32,000 bases of DNA from Pseudodesulfovibrio mercurii (GCF_000189295.2 NC_016803.1:2100001-2132000), one strand, 5' to 3'. Counted from the stretch's first letter, positions 1 to 8,510 are shown. Translations and numbers: made by a program. Notes: a model not told the origin generated them from the letters alone.

Positions 1-459
1 CTCTTCACCTTCCTCACGCCCGAGCAGATCGCCGAGCTGGAGAAGCAGACCGAGGAGGCCCCGCACCTGCGCGCGGCCCAGAAGCGGCTGGCAGAAGAGG
101 TCACGACCATGATCCACGGCAAGCACGAGCTGGAACGCGTCCTGGCGGCCACCGAGGCGCTCTTCGGCAAGGGCGACATCAAGGCCATCGACCCCGGCAC
201 CCTGCGCGCCGCGTTCGAATCCGCGCCCGCCGTGCGCTACGCCCCCGGCGACGTGCCGGACCTGCCCCAGATGCTCGTGGACCTCGGCCTGGTCAAGTCC
301 AAGGGCCAGGGCCGCAAGGACATCCTGGGCGGCGGCGTGTACATCAACGGCGAGCGCGTGGAGGACGGCGACGAGATCACCGACACCCAGTTCATCGGCG
401 GGGAACTCCTCATCATCCGCAAAGGCAAAAAGAACTACGGGTTGGTGACTAAAGGGTAG
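1..459 (+). CDS. tyrS: Tyrosyl-tRNA synthetase, C-terminal part (5' end lies outside the window)
   Basis: Frame 1 is open from nt 1 to TAG 457-459. The translation LFTFLTPEQIAELEKQTEEAPHLRAAQKRLAEEVT...GRKDILGGGVYINGERV... looks like the TyrS anticodon-binding / S4-like C-terminal domain. Confidence 0.85.
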   Translation, partial: LFTFLTPEQIAELEKQTEEAPHLRAAQKRLAEEVTTMIHGKHELERVLAATEALFGKGDIKAIDPGTLRAAFESAPAVRYAPGDVPDLPQMLVDLGLVKSKGQGRKDILGGGVYINGERVEDGDEITDTQFIGGELLIIRKGKKNYGLVTKG

Positions 460-462
460 CGG

Positions 463-619
463 GAAGCGGCTTCCGATAGCGGGCCATCTGCACATTTTTT
501 CCGAGGGGCTTTCATCCTCACGTAGACGGCTACGCTGCGGTAAAAGCCCCCTGGAAGAAAATGCACAGCTGACCCACTCTCGAAAGCCTAGTGCGAACGC
601 GGGGGAGAGAGCCGCTGTC
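463..619. repeat. Type-1 structured intergenic repeat, copy A (long imperfect hairpin, core about 484-570)
   Basis: Shares gcggcttccgatagcgg..catctgcacattttttcc...cctcacgtagacggctacgctgcgg...ggaagaaaatgcacagc..cactctcgaaagcc..gtgcgaacgcgg with copies at 18019-18196 and 22850-23059. The arms ctgcacattttttcc / ggaagaaaatgcacag are complementary. Confidence 0.8.
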
Positions 620-655
620 GGGTGCTGCGCACCCGAATCGCTCCAGAAGAAATCG

Positions 656-688
656 GGCGCGGGTTGCGTGGCAAGCCGCGCCTTTTTT
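656..688 (+). terminator. Rho-independent terminator candidate downstream of tyrS
   Basis: Stem ggcgcgg (656-662) pairs with ccgcgcc (676-682) and is followed by TTTTTT (683-688). Confidence 0.6.
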
Positions 689-777
689 GCGTCCGCACGC
701 CGACCGATCGTGAGCAGCCGATTCTCCTGTGAAGCGCCACGGTTCACCCCCTCAACTCACACGTCACCCCGCACCAG

Positions 778-871
778 CACGGACCTGCCGAAGGCACACA
801 AAAAGTTTGGGAGAGTCCAGAGAACCCTTTTCAAAGGGTTCTCTGGTCCCCCCGAAGGGGCCGCCGGAGGC
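778..871. repeat. Type-2 palindromic intergenic repeat, copy A
   Basis: Has cacggacctgccgaaggcac-caaaaagtttgg, then the perfect palindrome ccagagaacccttttcaaagggttctctgg (817-846), then ggccgccggaggc. The same architecture occurs at 18197-18286 and 25690-25758. Confidence 0.8.
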
Positions 872-924
872 ATCTCGCGCCGCGAGGCTTGACCTCGGGC
901 GAAAATGGAGGCAAGTGAGCCTGC

Positions 925-1614
925 ATGAACGAAACATTATGGATACTGTTTGCATTGGTGGACCTGTGCATGGTCCTGGTGGTCTACCGGTTGTTCGGCA
1001 AGGTGGGGTTGTTCGGGCTGATGGTCTTCAACCTGCTGTTGTGCAACATCCAGGTGCTCAAGACCGTGGAGCTGTTCGGGCTGACCACGACGCTCGGCAA
1101 CGTGCTGTACGCCAGCGTGTTCCTGGCCACGGACCTGCTCAGCGAGTTCTACGGCAAGAAGGAGGCGCGCAAGGGCGTGCTCCTCGGGTTCGTGACCCTG
1201 CTGATGATGGTCGGATACATGCAGATCGCGCTCTATTTCCAGCCCGCCGCGTCCGACTTCGCCCAGCCGCACCTGGAGGCGCTGTTCGGGTTCCTGCCGC
1301 GCGTGGCCCTGGCCTCCATGGCCGCGTACCTGGTCTCGCAGCTGCATGACGTCTGGGCCTTCCACGCCATCCGGGCGCGCACGGGCGAGCGCCTCCTGTG
1401 GCTGCGCAACAACGCCTCGACCATGGTCAGCCAGCTGCTCGACTCGGTGATCTTCTGCACCATCGCCTTCTGGGGCGTGTTCCCCATGGACGTGTTCATG
1501 GAGATCCTGCTGTCCACCTACATCATCAAGGTGGCCGTGGCCGCCCTGGACACCCCGTTCATCTACCTGGCCAAGCATTTGTTCGAGAAGCAGCGCCAGG
1601 TTCAGTCCGCCTAG
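925..1614 (+). CDS. yhhQ: VUT-family (YhhQ/DUF165) queuosine-precursor transporter, multi-pass membrane protein
   Basis: 229-aa ORF, hydrophobic throughout. The motifs LGNVLYASVFLATDLLSEFYGKKEA and WLRNNASTMVSQLLDSVIF are typical of YhhQ/VUT proteins. Confidence 0.8.
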   Translation: MNETLWILFALVDLCMVLVVYRLFGKVGLFGLMVFNLLLCNIQVLKTVELFGLTTTLGNVLYASVFLATDLLSEFYGKKEARKGVLLGFVTLLMMVGYMQIALYFQPAASDFAQPHLEALFGFLPRVALASMAAYLVSQLHDVWAFHAIRARTGERLLWLRNNASTMVSQLLDSVIFCTIAFWGVFPMDVFMEILLSTYIIKVAVAALDTPFIYLAKHLFEKQRQVQSA

Positions 1615-1634
1615 CGGAAACTCATTGCCGTGAC

Positions 1635-1671
1635 AAAAAGGCCGCCGGAAGGTTCCGGCGGCCTTTTTTTT
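1635..1671. terminator. Bidirectional rho-independent terminator
   Basis: Run aaaaa, then ggccgccgg (1640-1648), loop aaggtt, then ccggcggcc (1655-1663) and TTTTTTTT (1664-1671). Confidence 0.8.
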
Positions 1672-1874
1672 GGGGAACTATCCCCGTAACTCCCTGACGG
1701 GAAAAATCAGATGTCGAAAGCCGCTTCGCGGCGCACGTCGGATGATTTCGCCTCCGGCGGGCAAGGACTCGCGCCCTTGCATCCCCCTTCCGCGCCTGCG
1801 GCGCAATGGCTCGTCGCTACGCAGCTCTCAACCGGCAAAAGGACCTGGATACGGCCATGTTTTGCGGTCGGCGA

Positions 1875-2525
1875 TCAGCCTTCCAGGGCGGTCAGGTCCG
1901 CGCCGGAGATGGCCTCGCGCCGGGCCAGAATCCTGTCCAGGGGCCAGTCCCACCAGCGGACGGCCTGGAGCCGGTCGATGGTCGGCTGGTCGAAGCGCAT
2001 GCGGATGACGCGGGCCGGGTTGCCCGCGACCACGGCGTAGGGGGGCACGTCGCACCCGACCACGGACCGGGCCCCGATGATCGCGCCGTCGCCGATGGTC
2101 ACGCCGGGCATGACCACGGCCTCCATGCCGAGCCAGACGTCGTTGCCGATGACGGTGTCGCCCTTGCGGCCGGGCAGGTTGAACAGGGCCTTAACCTCGT
2201 CGAAGCCGGTCTCCGGGGTCATGGTGAAGTTCCAGAAGGGGTAGGTGGAGAAGCCGCGCATGTCGTGGTTGGCCGAGCTGGTGATGAAGACCACGCCGTG
2301 GGCGATCTGGACGAACCGGCCGATGACGAGTCGTTCCGGGCTCAGGGGGAAGAGGTACGGGGCGATGGCCGCCGCGTAGTCCTCCACCGGGTTGAAGTTG
2401 GAATAGTAGCTGAAGTCCCCGATCTCCATGCGCGGGTGATCGACGACCTGGTTCAGGTTGACCACGGTCTTGACGACCGTTCCGTCGGGCAGGACCATGG
2501 GGTGGCGGGCGGTGGGATCGAGCAT
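1875..2525 (-). CDS. Xenobiotic O-acetyltransferase, Vat/CatB (hexapeptide-repeat XAT) family
   Basis: Translation MLDPTARHP...MEIGDFSYYSNF...LVIGRFVQIAHGVVFITSSANHDMRGFSTYPF...GDTVIGNDVWLGMEAVVMPGVTIGDGAIIGARSVV fits the family. Start 2525 was chosen over 2582 because GGAGAA lies 6-8 nt upstream. Confidence 0.8.
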   Translation of the reverse strand: MLDPTARHPMVLPDGTVVKTVVNLNQVVDHPRMEIGDFSYYSNFNPVEDYAAAIAPYLFPLSPERLVIGRFVQIAHGVVFITSSANHDMRGFSTYPFWNFTMTPETGFDEVKALFNLPGRKGDTVIGNDVWLGMEAVVMPGVTIGDGAIIGARSVVGCDVPPYAVVAGNPARVIRMRFDQPTIDRLQAVRWWDWPLDRILARREAISGADLTALEG

Positions 2526-2554
2526 GGGCGTTCTCCTCGGCTTCGGGAAGGATC

Positions 2555-2593
2555 GGGAAAGAAAAAGGGCTGTCCGGATCACCGCACAGCCCT
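2555..2593 (-). terminator. Rho-independent terminator after the SPOR gene
   Basis: On the minus strand, agggctgt..acagccct forms the stem (2566-2573 / 2586-2593), followed by TTTTTCTTTCC. Confidence 0.65.
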
Positions 2594-2612
2594 TGGGAAT
2601 ATCTCGCGCCGC

Positions 2613-3329
2613 CTAGTTCGCGGCGGTCTTCTTCTTGAGCAGCGGCTTGTCGATGCCGTATTTGGCCAGGACCGCCTTCATCTCCGAGGTGGACGCCGGG
2701 GTGCCGTGGTGCAGGACCTGGACGCGATGCCAGGTGGACCCCTTGGCCTCACCGGACTCCACACGGGCGTTCAATCCGGCTCCGGCCAGCTTGCCGCTCA
2801 GGGCCTTGGCCATCTCCACCTTGCGGAACGAGGCCACCTGGTAGACGTAGTCGTAGACCGGTTCGCCGGGCTGGGCCGGGGTCGGCGTGAACGCCGCGGG
2901 CGCGGGCTGGGCGGGTTCGGCGGCGGGCTTGGCCGTCGGTCTGGCCGGTTCCGGCTTGGGCTCGGGCTTGGGCGCGGGGGCCGGCTTGACGTCCTCGGCC
3001 GTGTTGTCGAGCATCTGCTGGGGCGAGGCCTTGAGCCGGTCCTGGTAGTCCAGTTCCTCAAGGGTCAGGACCTTGGGCGGATTGGCCTCGGCCACGGTCT
3101 GGCCGTGCTCGGCGCCGGGCATGATCTCCTGGAGGGGCGGCACGTCGGCCTCGGGCCGGTAGCCGCGCCCGATGAGGATGCCCATGACGAAAAAGAAGGT
3201 CAGGGCCAGGACGCCCACCCCGGTCAGGCTGATCATGCCGGGCAGGGACAGGGAGATGTCGTACTTCCGCTTGGTCGCGTTGAGCTTGGGCACCTTGAGC
3301 TTGTATTTCGGTTCCAGATTTTCCGCCAT
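2613..3329 (-). CDS. SPOR-domain protein with N-terminal membrane anchor and Pro/Ala/Lys-rich linker
   Basis: TM segment ISLTGVGVLALTFFFVMGILIG, then linker PAPAPKPEPKPEPARPTAKPAAEP, then a C-terminal YVYQVASFRKVEMAKALSGKL...WHRVQV SPOR-like fold. It lies 25 nt downstream of argS. Confidence 0.8.
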   Translation of the reverse strand: MAENLEPKYKLKVPKLNATKRKYDISLSLPGMISLTGVGVLALTFFFVMGILIGRGYRPEADVPPLQEIMPGAEHGQTVAEANPPKVLTLEELDYQDRLKASPQQMLDNTAEDVKPAPAPKPEPKPEPARPTAKPAAEPAQPAPAAFTPTPAQPGEPVYDYVYQVASFRKVEMAKALSGKLAGAGLNARVESGEAKGSTWHRVQVLHHGTPASTSEMKAVLAKYGIDKPLLKKKTAAN

Positions 3330-3354
3330 GGTCCTTCCCTCGGAGTTCGCGCCC

Positions 3355-4998
3355 CTACATGGATTCCGGGGCGTTCACGCCCAGCAGCCCGAGGCCGTTC
3401 GCCACCACCCCGGCCACGCAGTCGAGGAGCATGAGCCGGGCCGAGGCCACGTCGGGCTCGGCGCTGAGCACGTGGCAATTGGTATAGTACCTGTGGAGCG
3501 TCGAGGCAAGCTCTTGCAAATACATGGAGATCAGGTGCGGGCTCTGGGTCCGCGCGGCGGCCTCCACGTAGTCCGGGTACTGGTCCAGGAGCTTGAGCAG
3601 CTCCAGGTCCCACTCGGTGTCGAGCAGGGCCAGGGAGGCCGGGCTCACTGCGGCGGGCCGGATGCCAGCTTCCTCGGCCTTCTTGTCCAGGGAGCGGATG
3701 CGCGCGTGGGCGTACTGCACGTAGTAGACCGGGTTGTCCATGGACTTCTGCTTGACCAGCTCCAGGTCGAAATCGAGCTTGGAGTCGGACTTGCGCGACA
3801 GGAACATGAACCGGGCCGCGTCCGAGCCGACCTCGTCGACCACGTCCTTGAGGGTCTCGAACTGGCCCGCGCGGGTGCTCATGGCGATGGGCTGGCCGTC
3901 GCGCAGCAGGTTGACCAGGTTGACCAGGATGACGGACAGCCCGCCCGGTTTGCCCAGCGCCTCGCAGGCGGCCATCATGCGCGGCACGTAGCCGTGATGG
4001 TCCGCGCCCCAGATGTCGATGACCAGGTCGAAGCCGCGCTTGAACTTGTTGTCGTGGTAGGCGATGTCCGAGGCGAAATAGGTGGTGTCGCCGTTGCTCT
4101 TGCGCAGCACGCGGTCCTTGTCGTCGCCGAGCAGGGTGGACTTGAACCAGAAGGCGCCGTCCGCAGCGTAGCCCATGCCCGAGGCGGTCAGGTCGGCGAA
4201 GGTCTCGTCCACCTTGCCGTCGTTGACCAGGGACTTCTCCGAGAACCAGATGTCGTGGCGCACGTGGAAGGCGGCCAGGTCGTCCTTGATCCCCTGGAGG
4301 ATGACGCCCATGCCGTATTCCTTGCAGGCCTCGACGGCGTCCGCTTCGGGCAGGTCCAGGAGGTCGGGCCGCATGGCCATGAAATCGCGGGCGATGTCGG
4401 TGATGTACTCGCCCCGGTAGTAGTCCTCGGGCTCGGCCGGGTTCAGGCCGCCGAGCTGCCGGGCGCGGTACAGGATGGAGCCGCCCAGGATGCGCATCTG
4501 GCGGCCCGCGTCGTTGATGTAGTACTCGGCCTCCACGTCGTACCCGGCCTTTTCCAGGATGCGGGTCAGGGAGTCGCCGAGCGCCGCGCCGCGCCCGTGC
4601 CCGATGTGCAGGGGGCCGGTGGGGTTGGCGGAGACGTACTCCACCTGGACCTTGGTGCCGTTGCCCAGGGTCGAGGAGCCGTAGGCCTCGCCCTGGTCCA
4701 GGATCGCGGACACGGTCTCCCGCCAGAAGGCCGGAGCAAAGGTGAAATTCAGGAAACCCGGCCCCGCGATGTCGATCTTCTCGATGAGCGCATCGCCCGC
4801 CAGGGCCGCCTTGATGTCCTCGGCCACGGCGCGCGGCGCCTTCTTGGCGTCCTTGGCCAGCAGCATGGCCACGTTGGCCGACATGTCGCCGAAGGCGCTG
4901 TCCTTGGGCGGCTCGATGACCGCCTTGTCCGGCCACGGCAGGCCCAGTCCCTCAAGCGCCTGCTTCAGCGCCCCTTCCAGATGTATCTTCGCTCTCAT
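3355..4998 (-). CDS. argS: Arginyl-tRNA synthetase
   Basis: 547 aa. Motifs [20 protein letters not shown] (HIGH), [11 protein letters not shown] (KMSK-like) and the C-terminal DALR-type anticodon-binding region ending in M. Confidence 0.95.
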   Translation of the reverse strand: MRAKIHLEGALKQALEGLGLPWPDKAVIEPPKDSAFGDMSANVAMLLAKDAKKAPRAVAEDIKAALAGDALIEKIDIAGPGFLNFTFAPAFWRETVSAILDQGEAYGSSTLGNGTKVQVEYVSANPTGPLHIGHGRGAALGDSLTRILEKAGYDVEAEYYINDAGRQMRILGGSILYRARQLGGLNPAEPEDYYRGEYITDIARDFMAMRPDLLDLPEADAVEACKEYGMGVILQGIKDDLAAFHVRHDIWFSEKSLVNDGKVDETFADLTASGMGYAADGAFWFKSTLLGDDKDRVLRKSNGDTTYFASDIAYHDNKFKRGFDLVIDIWGADHHGYVPRMMAACEALGKPGGLSVILVNLVNLLRDGQPIAMSTRAGQFETLKDVVDEVGSDAARFMFLSRKSDSKLDFDLELVKQKSMDNPVYYVQYAHARIRSLDKKAEEAGIRPAAVSPASLALLDTEWDLELLKLLDQYPDYVEAAARTQSPHLISMYLQELASTLHRYYTNCHVLSAEPDVASARLMLLDCVAGVVANGLGLLGVNAPESM

Positions 4999-5130
4999 CG
5001 TCGAATATTCTCCTTAAACAAAGCTCGTGCGGCACGCTCTAGCACGAAACCCCACGCAATCCAAGCAGAGAAGCGGAGCCTTCCCCGGACCCCGCTCCCG
5101 CTCCCCGCCCGTTTCAGGATCGCGGGGGGG

Positions 5131-5168
5131 AAGAAACCGGCGCGCCCCTCCTTGCGGAGAAGCGCGCC
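5131..5168 (-). terminator. Terminator candidate after the DUF4198 operon
   Basis: Minus-strand hairpin ggcgcgcttctcc-gcaa-ggaggggcgcgcc (5139-5168) followed by GGTTTCTT. Confidence 0.5.
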
Positions 5169-5202
5169 GTCCGATTGGTCGCCTTCGAGTGCCGGGAAAC
5201 CG

Positions 5203-5661
5203 TTATCCGGCCCGTTTGCGCTGCCGCAGGACCATGACCAGCAGGGCCAGGTTGGCCAGGAGGCTCAGTCCGAGGCCCACGGATACCGGGGTCGCCCCAC
5301 CGCCCTGGGGAACGGACGCGGCCTGGGCGGCAAGGCCCGCCTCCGAGCCGGTCACGGGCACCTCCAGGGCGCCCTTGTGGCCCGACTCGTCCCAGGCGGT
5401 CACGGTCCAGGTGCCCGGCGCGTCCGGCACGAAGCTGACCACGCCGCGGGCGTCGGTGCGCCCGTTCTGGTATTCCAGGTCCGGCGGGCTGTCCGGGCCG
5501 AAGACCTTGGTCTCCGCGTAGGACATGGGCTCTCCCCCGGCATAGGCGAAGCGCACGGCCACGGCGTGGTCCGGGATCACGCCGTAGGTCACGCCGTGGC
5601 CCCAGGCCGGGGAGGAGAGGAGCAGCATGGCGCACAGCGCCGCGAACACCGTCCTGCCCAT
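5203..5661 (-). CDS. Small exported protein with C-terminal membrane anchor, operon partner of DUF4198 (function unknown, possibly metal-related)
   Basis: Signal peptide MGRTVFAALCAMLLLSSPAWG with predicted cleavage before HG. A beta-rich core (GTWTVTAWDESGHKG) is followed by the C-terminal TM VSVGLGLSLLANLALLVMVL plus RQRKR. The ATG lies 1 nt after the DUF4198 stop. Confidence 0.7.
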   Translation of the reverse strand: MGRTVFAALCAMLLLSSPAWGHGVTYGVIPDHAVAVRFAYAGGEPMSYAETKVFGPDSPPDLEYQNGRTDARGVVSFVPDAPGTWTVTAWDESGHKGALEVPVTGSEAGLAAQAASVPQGGGATPVSVGLGLSLLANLALLVMVLRQRKRAG

Positions 5662-5662
5662 G

Positions 5663-6430
5663 CTACTTCACCGGGAAGGCCAGCACGCTGCGCATGGCGT
5701 GCTGCTCGTAGTTGGCGCCCTTCTCGTCCACGACGTACTGCACGCGGACCATCCAGAAGCCGGGGGCGGAGATGGTGATGTCGGCCTTGCCCTCGCCGTA
5801 GGGCTCGGTGAAGTAGGCGTAGGCATTGGGGGTGTCCGTGAAGCCCGCATAGGTGGCGGTCACCGCGTCCGGGGACACGGGTTTCCCGTCGAGCAGGATC
5901 TGCACGGTCAGGGTGTCGCCCACCTTCAGCTCCAGCGGGTTGTTCAGGGGCACGATCTCCAGGGCGTCGCCGGTCTTGACGTCCCAGCCCTGGGTCCGGC
6001 CGCCCACCGGAATGAGGGTTTTGCAGAATTTCTCGTAGTTGCGCGACCAGACCACGCCCTTGAGGGTGGAGCGGTCGCCCTTGAGCACGCCCTTGGGCGT
6101 CTTGCTCCAGACCTCGCCCAGCCGGTGGCCGTGCAGCAGGGCCGCGCCCGGCTGGCCCAGCGTGACCGTACCGGTAAAGGACTTGAACGCCTGGTCGACC
6201 GCCAGGGGGATGTCCTTGCCCAGGTAGGAGGCTTTCACGTTGGCCGGGTTCTCCAGCTCCTCGCTCTTCATGAACACGTGCGCCGAGACCAGGGAAAAAG
6301 GCACCTCCTGACCCGGCGAATAGGTCTTCCAACTCTGCGGAACCAGGATGAATTCGTGGGCCGAGGCGGAGATCGCGGTGACGGCCACCAGGCACAGGGC
6401 CGCGCACAGCAGGGCGATACGTCGAGACAT
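5663..6430 (-). CDS. DUF4198-family periplasmic protein (COG5266-like nickel/cobalt uptake component)
   Basis: Signal peptide ...AVTAISASA with cleavage before HEFILVP, which matches the characteristic mature N-terminus HEFW/I-L-x-P of DUF4198. About 230-aa beta-rich body. Confidence 0.75.
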   Translation of the reverse strand: MSRRIALLCAALCLVAVTAISASAHEFILVPQSWKTYSPGQEVPFSLVSAHVFMKSEELENPANVKASYLGKDIPLAVDQAFKSFTGTVTLGQPGAALLHGHRLGEVWSKTPKGVLKGDRSTLKGVVWSRNYEKFCKTLIPVGGRTQGWDVKTGDALEIVPLNNPLELKVGDTLTVQILLDGKPVSPDAVTATYAGFTDTPNAYAYFTEPYGEGKADITISAPGFWMVRVQYVVDEKGANYEQHAMRSVLAFPVK

Positions 6431-6446
6431 GTTGTTCCTCCAAAAA

Positions 6447-6475
6447 AATTAGTATGTGAATGTTGCATACTAATT
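6447..6475. promoter_or_regulatory. Candidate operator: perfect 10-bp inverted repeat aattagtatg-N9-catactaatt upstream of the DUF4198 gene
   Basis: Arms at 6447-6456 and 6466-6475 are exact reverse complements. The site lies 17-45 nt upstream of start codon 6430, in an AT-rich patch. Confidence 0.5.
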
Positions 6476-6569
6476 AATAATTGGTAACACAAAGAGTCAA
6501 AACGAAAAATCAAATGAAAGGAGGAAGTCGGATAGAGCGGCCTAAGAGATCGGCGGCCCGCCCTATCCG

Positions 6570-7445
6570 TCAGCGCGAGATCAGCACGATGCCCGCGAGG
6601 ACGCAGCCGCAGCCGGTGAGCTGCTGCCAGCCCACGGGCTCGTGGAGGACCAGGGCGGACAGGACCAGGGCGGACACGGGCATGACCGCGGTGAAGACCC
6701 CGGCCGTGGACGGCGGGACTTTGGTCACGCCCGCGAACCAGAAGAGGTAGGCGAGCACGGTGACGAACGCCCCGTAGTAGCCGATCACCAGCCAGCCGGT
6801 GGCGGAGATGGCCGCGAGATCGGTGCGCGCGGCCTCGACGACCCCCATGGGCAGGAACCAGGCCAAGCCGAAGAGGGAGATGACGGTGGCCGCAGCCAGG
6901 GGCGAGAGGGGTTCGGGCACGGTCTTGCGGATGAGCAGGAACAGGGACTCGAAAAGCACGGCGGCCAGGACCAGCAGGTTGCCGACCACGGGGTTCGCGC
7001 CGCCCGGCCCGGCGGTCCCGACCAGATTGATGACCAGCACGCCCGCCACGGACAGGCAGATGCCGAGCAGAACCCGGCGCGACGGCCGGTCCCTGAGGAA
7101 GAGCCAGGCGATGAGCCCCATGCAGGCCGGGGTGGTGGAGGTGATGATCCCGGCCGAGGCCGGGCCGGTCAGGGTCAGGCCGTGGAGCAGGAACACGGTG
7201 AACAGGAAGGAGCCGCACAGGGACTGGACGGCCAGCTTGAGCCAGGTCCTCCGGCACAGGCTCGGCAGGCCGCCCTCGCGTGCGTTAAGCATGGGCAGGA
7301 GGATGGCCAGGGCCAGGGCGAAGCGCAGGGCCGAGGCCAGGTACACGGGCAGTTCCTCGACCATGATCCGGCCGGCGACCACGGAGCTGCCGACCAGGAT
7401 CATGGCCAGGGAGAGGTTGAGACGGGCGAGGTATTGTTTGGGCAT
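6570..7445 (-). CDS. DMT-superfamily (EamA-like) transporter
   Basis: 291 aa with about 10 predicted TM helices and two EamA-like halves (LRFALALAILLP..., TAGVFTAVMPVSALVLSALVLHE). Confidence 0.85.
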   Translation of the reverse strand: MPKQYLARLNLSLAMILVGSSVVAGRIMVEELPVYLASALRFALALAILLPMLNAREGGLPSLCRRTWLKLAVQSLCGSFLFTVFLLHGLTLTGPASAGIITSTTPACMGLIAWLFLRDRPSRRVLLGICLSVAGVLVINLVGTAGPGGANPVVGNLLVLAAVLFESLFLLIRKTVPEPLSPLAAATVISLFGLAWFLPMGVVEAARTDLAAISATGWLVIGYYGAFVTVLAYLFWFAGVTKVPPSTAGVFTAVMPVSALVLSALVLHEPVGWQQLTGCGCVLAGIVLISR

Positions 7446-7469
7446 GGGCGGACCATGCCCCAGTCCGGC

Positions 7470-8309
7470 TCAGGAGTTTTGAAGCATCTTGCGGTATCGG
7501 GCGGGGGTGATCCCGGTCTGGCGCTTGAACAGTCGGGTCAGGTGGGCCTGGTCCGCGAAGCCGCAGTCCATGGCGATGTCGGCCACGCGGCCCTCCCCGG
7601 CCAGGCGGCCGCGTGCCCGCTCCACCCGGACCTGGGTCAGGTAGGCGTGGGGCGTGATGCCGAGCTGTCCCTCGAAGACGCGCACCAGGTGGAAGGGCGA
7701 CAGCCCAGCCTCGCGGGCCAGGTCGGACAGGGGCAGGTCCTCGGCGAAGCGGTCCTCGATGACGGCCCGCGCCCGGTTCACGGCGCGGTGCTCCCGCCCG
7801 GCCCGGACCCCGCCCCGGCGGTCGTCCGCGTGCCGCTTGATCCAGGCGGCGAGCAGCCCGAGCAACCGGGTCTCCTTTTCCATGAGCGGGGTCTCCGGCT
7901 GTTCCAGGCAGCGATGAGTGCGGGTGATGCACTCGGCCAGGGCCGGGTCGTCGAGCACGCCCGCCCGGAAATGGGGCAGGTCGGGCTGATCCCTGAGCTC
8001 GCGCGCGGCGGCCATGAGCGCGGCCGGGGAGAGGTAGAACATGCGGTAGGCCCAGCCGCCCTCCCCGGCCCCCTGGCCGTCGTGGGGCTCGCCCGGCACC
8101 ACCAGGTTGACCTGGCCGCGCGCGGCCACCACGGACTCGCCGCGATAGCGGAAACGCATGGCCCCGTCCCCGATGCAGCCCACGGCGAACCCCTCGTGGA
8201 AGTGCCGGGAAAAGCGCTGGGTCACGAACCGCGCGCGCAACAACTCCACCCCGCCCCACAGGGGCAGGGTCGCGACGTGGCTGGTTTCCTGGCGGGCGGG
8301 CGCGGACAT
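7470..8309 (-). CDS. AraC-family transcriptional regulator (cupin-like N-terminal domain plus C-terminal HTH)
   Basis: The C-terminus LSDLAREAGLSPFHLVRVFEGQLGITPHAYLTQVRVERARGRL...IAMDCGFADQAHLTRLFKRQTGITPARYRK is a canonical AraC double HTH. The start is ambiguous: 8309 (MSAPARQ) or 8366. Confidence 0.85.
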   Translation of the reverse strand: MSAPARQETSHVATLPLWGGVELLRARFVTQRFSRHFHEGFAVGCIGDGAMRFRYRGESVVAARGQVNLVVPGEPHDGQGAGEGGWAYRMFYLSPAALMAAARELRDQPDLPHFRAGVLDDPALAECITRTHRCLEQPETPLMEKETRLLGLLAAWIKRHADDRRGGVRAGREHRAVNRARAVIEDRFAEDLPLSDLAREAGLSPFHLVRVFEGQLGITPHAYLTQVRVERARGRLAGEGRVADIAMDCGFADQAHLTRLFKRQTGITPARYRKMLQNS

Positions 8310-8510
8310 GGCCCGATCATGGCCCAGGCCGGGGGGAAAGGCAATCCGCCGGACCTGGGCGGGCATCGGGGCGGAGCCGTTTCAGCGCCCGGCCCGGATA
8401 CGATATCCCTCTAATTTCCTTATGTAAGAAAAATGTATGAAGGCGTGGTTTACGTACTGCGGACCTGAAAAACGACCCCTTGTTCAACCTCATCTGCAAG
8501 CGAGCTGCTC

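Noticed and set aside
872-924. preQ1 riboswitch upstream of the YhhQ-type transporter
   Set aside because: yhhQ genes are often preQ1-regulated. This leader has only a short cctc...gagg hairpin and lacks the conserved A-rich tail and loop sequence of preQ1-I/II aptamers as I recall them.
668-1349. ORFs 668-892 (+), 729-1349 (+) and 764-955 (-), spanning the repeat region and the start of yhhQ
   Set aside because: They are translations of the type-2 repeat (the same peptide fragments recur wherever the repeat occurs) or an alternative frame of the membrane-protein gene. They are not independent genes.
1806-5778. Very long ORFs 1806-3434 (+), 3172-5778 (+) and 3233-4936 (-), overlapping vat, the SPOR gene and argS
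   Set aside because: Their translations are Gly/Arg/Ala/Pro-rich low-complexity sequence, typical of wrong-frame or antisense reading of high-GC coding DNA. The overlapping frames encode clearly recognisable ArgS, SPOR and Vat proteins.
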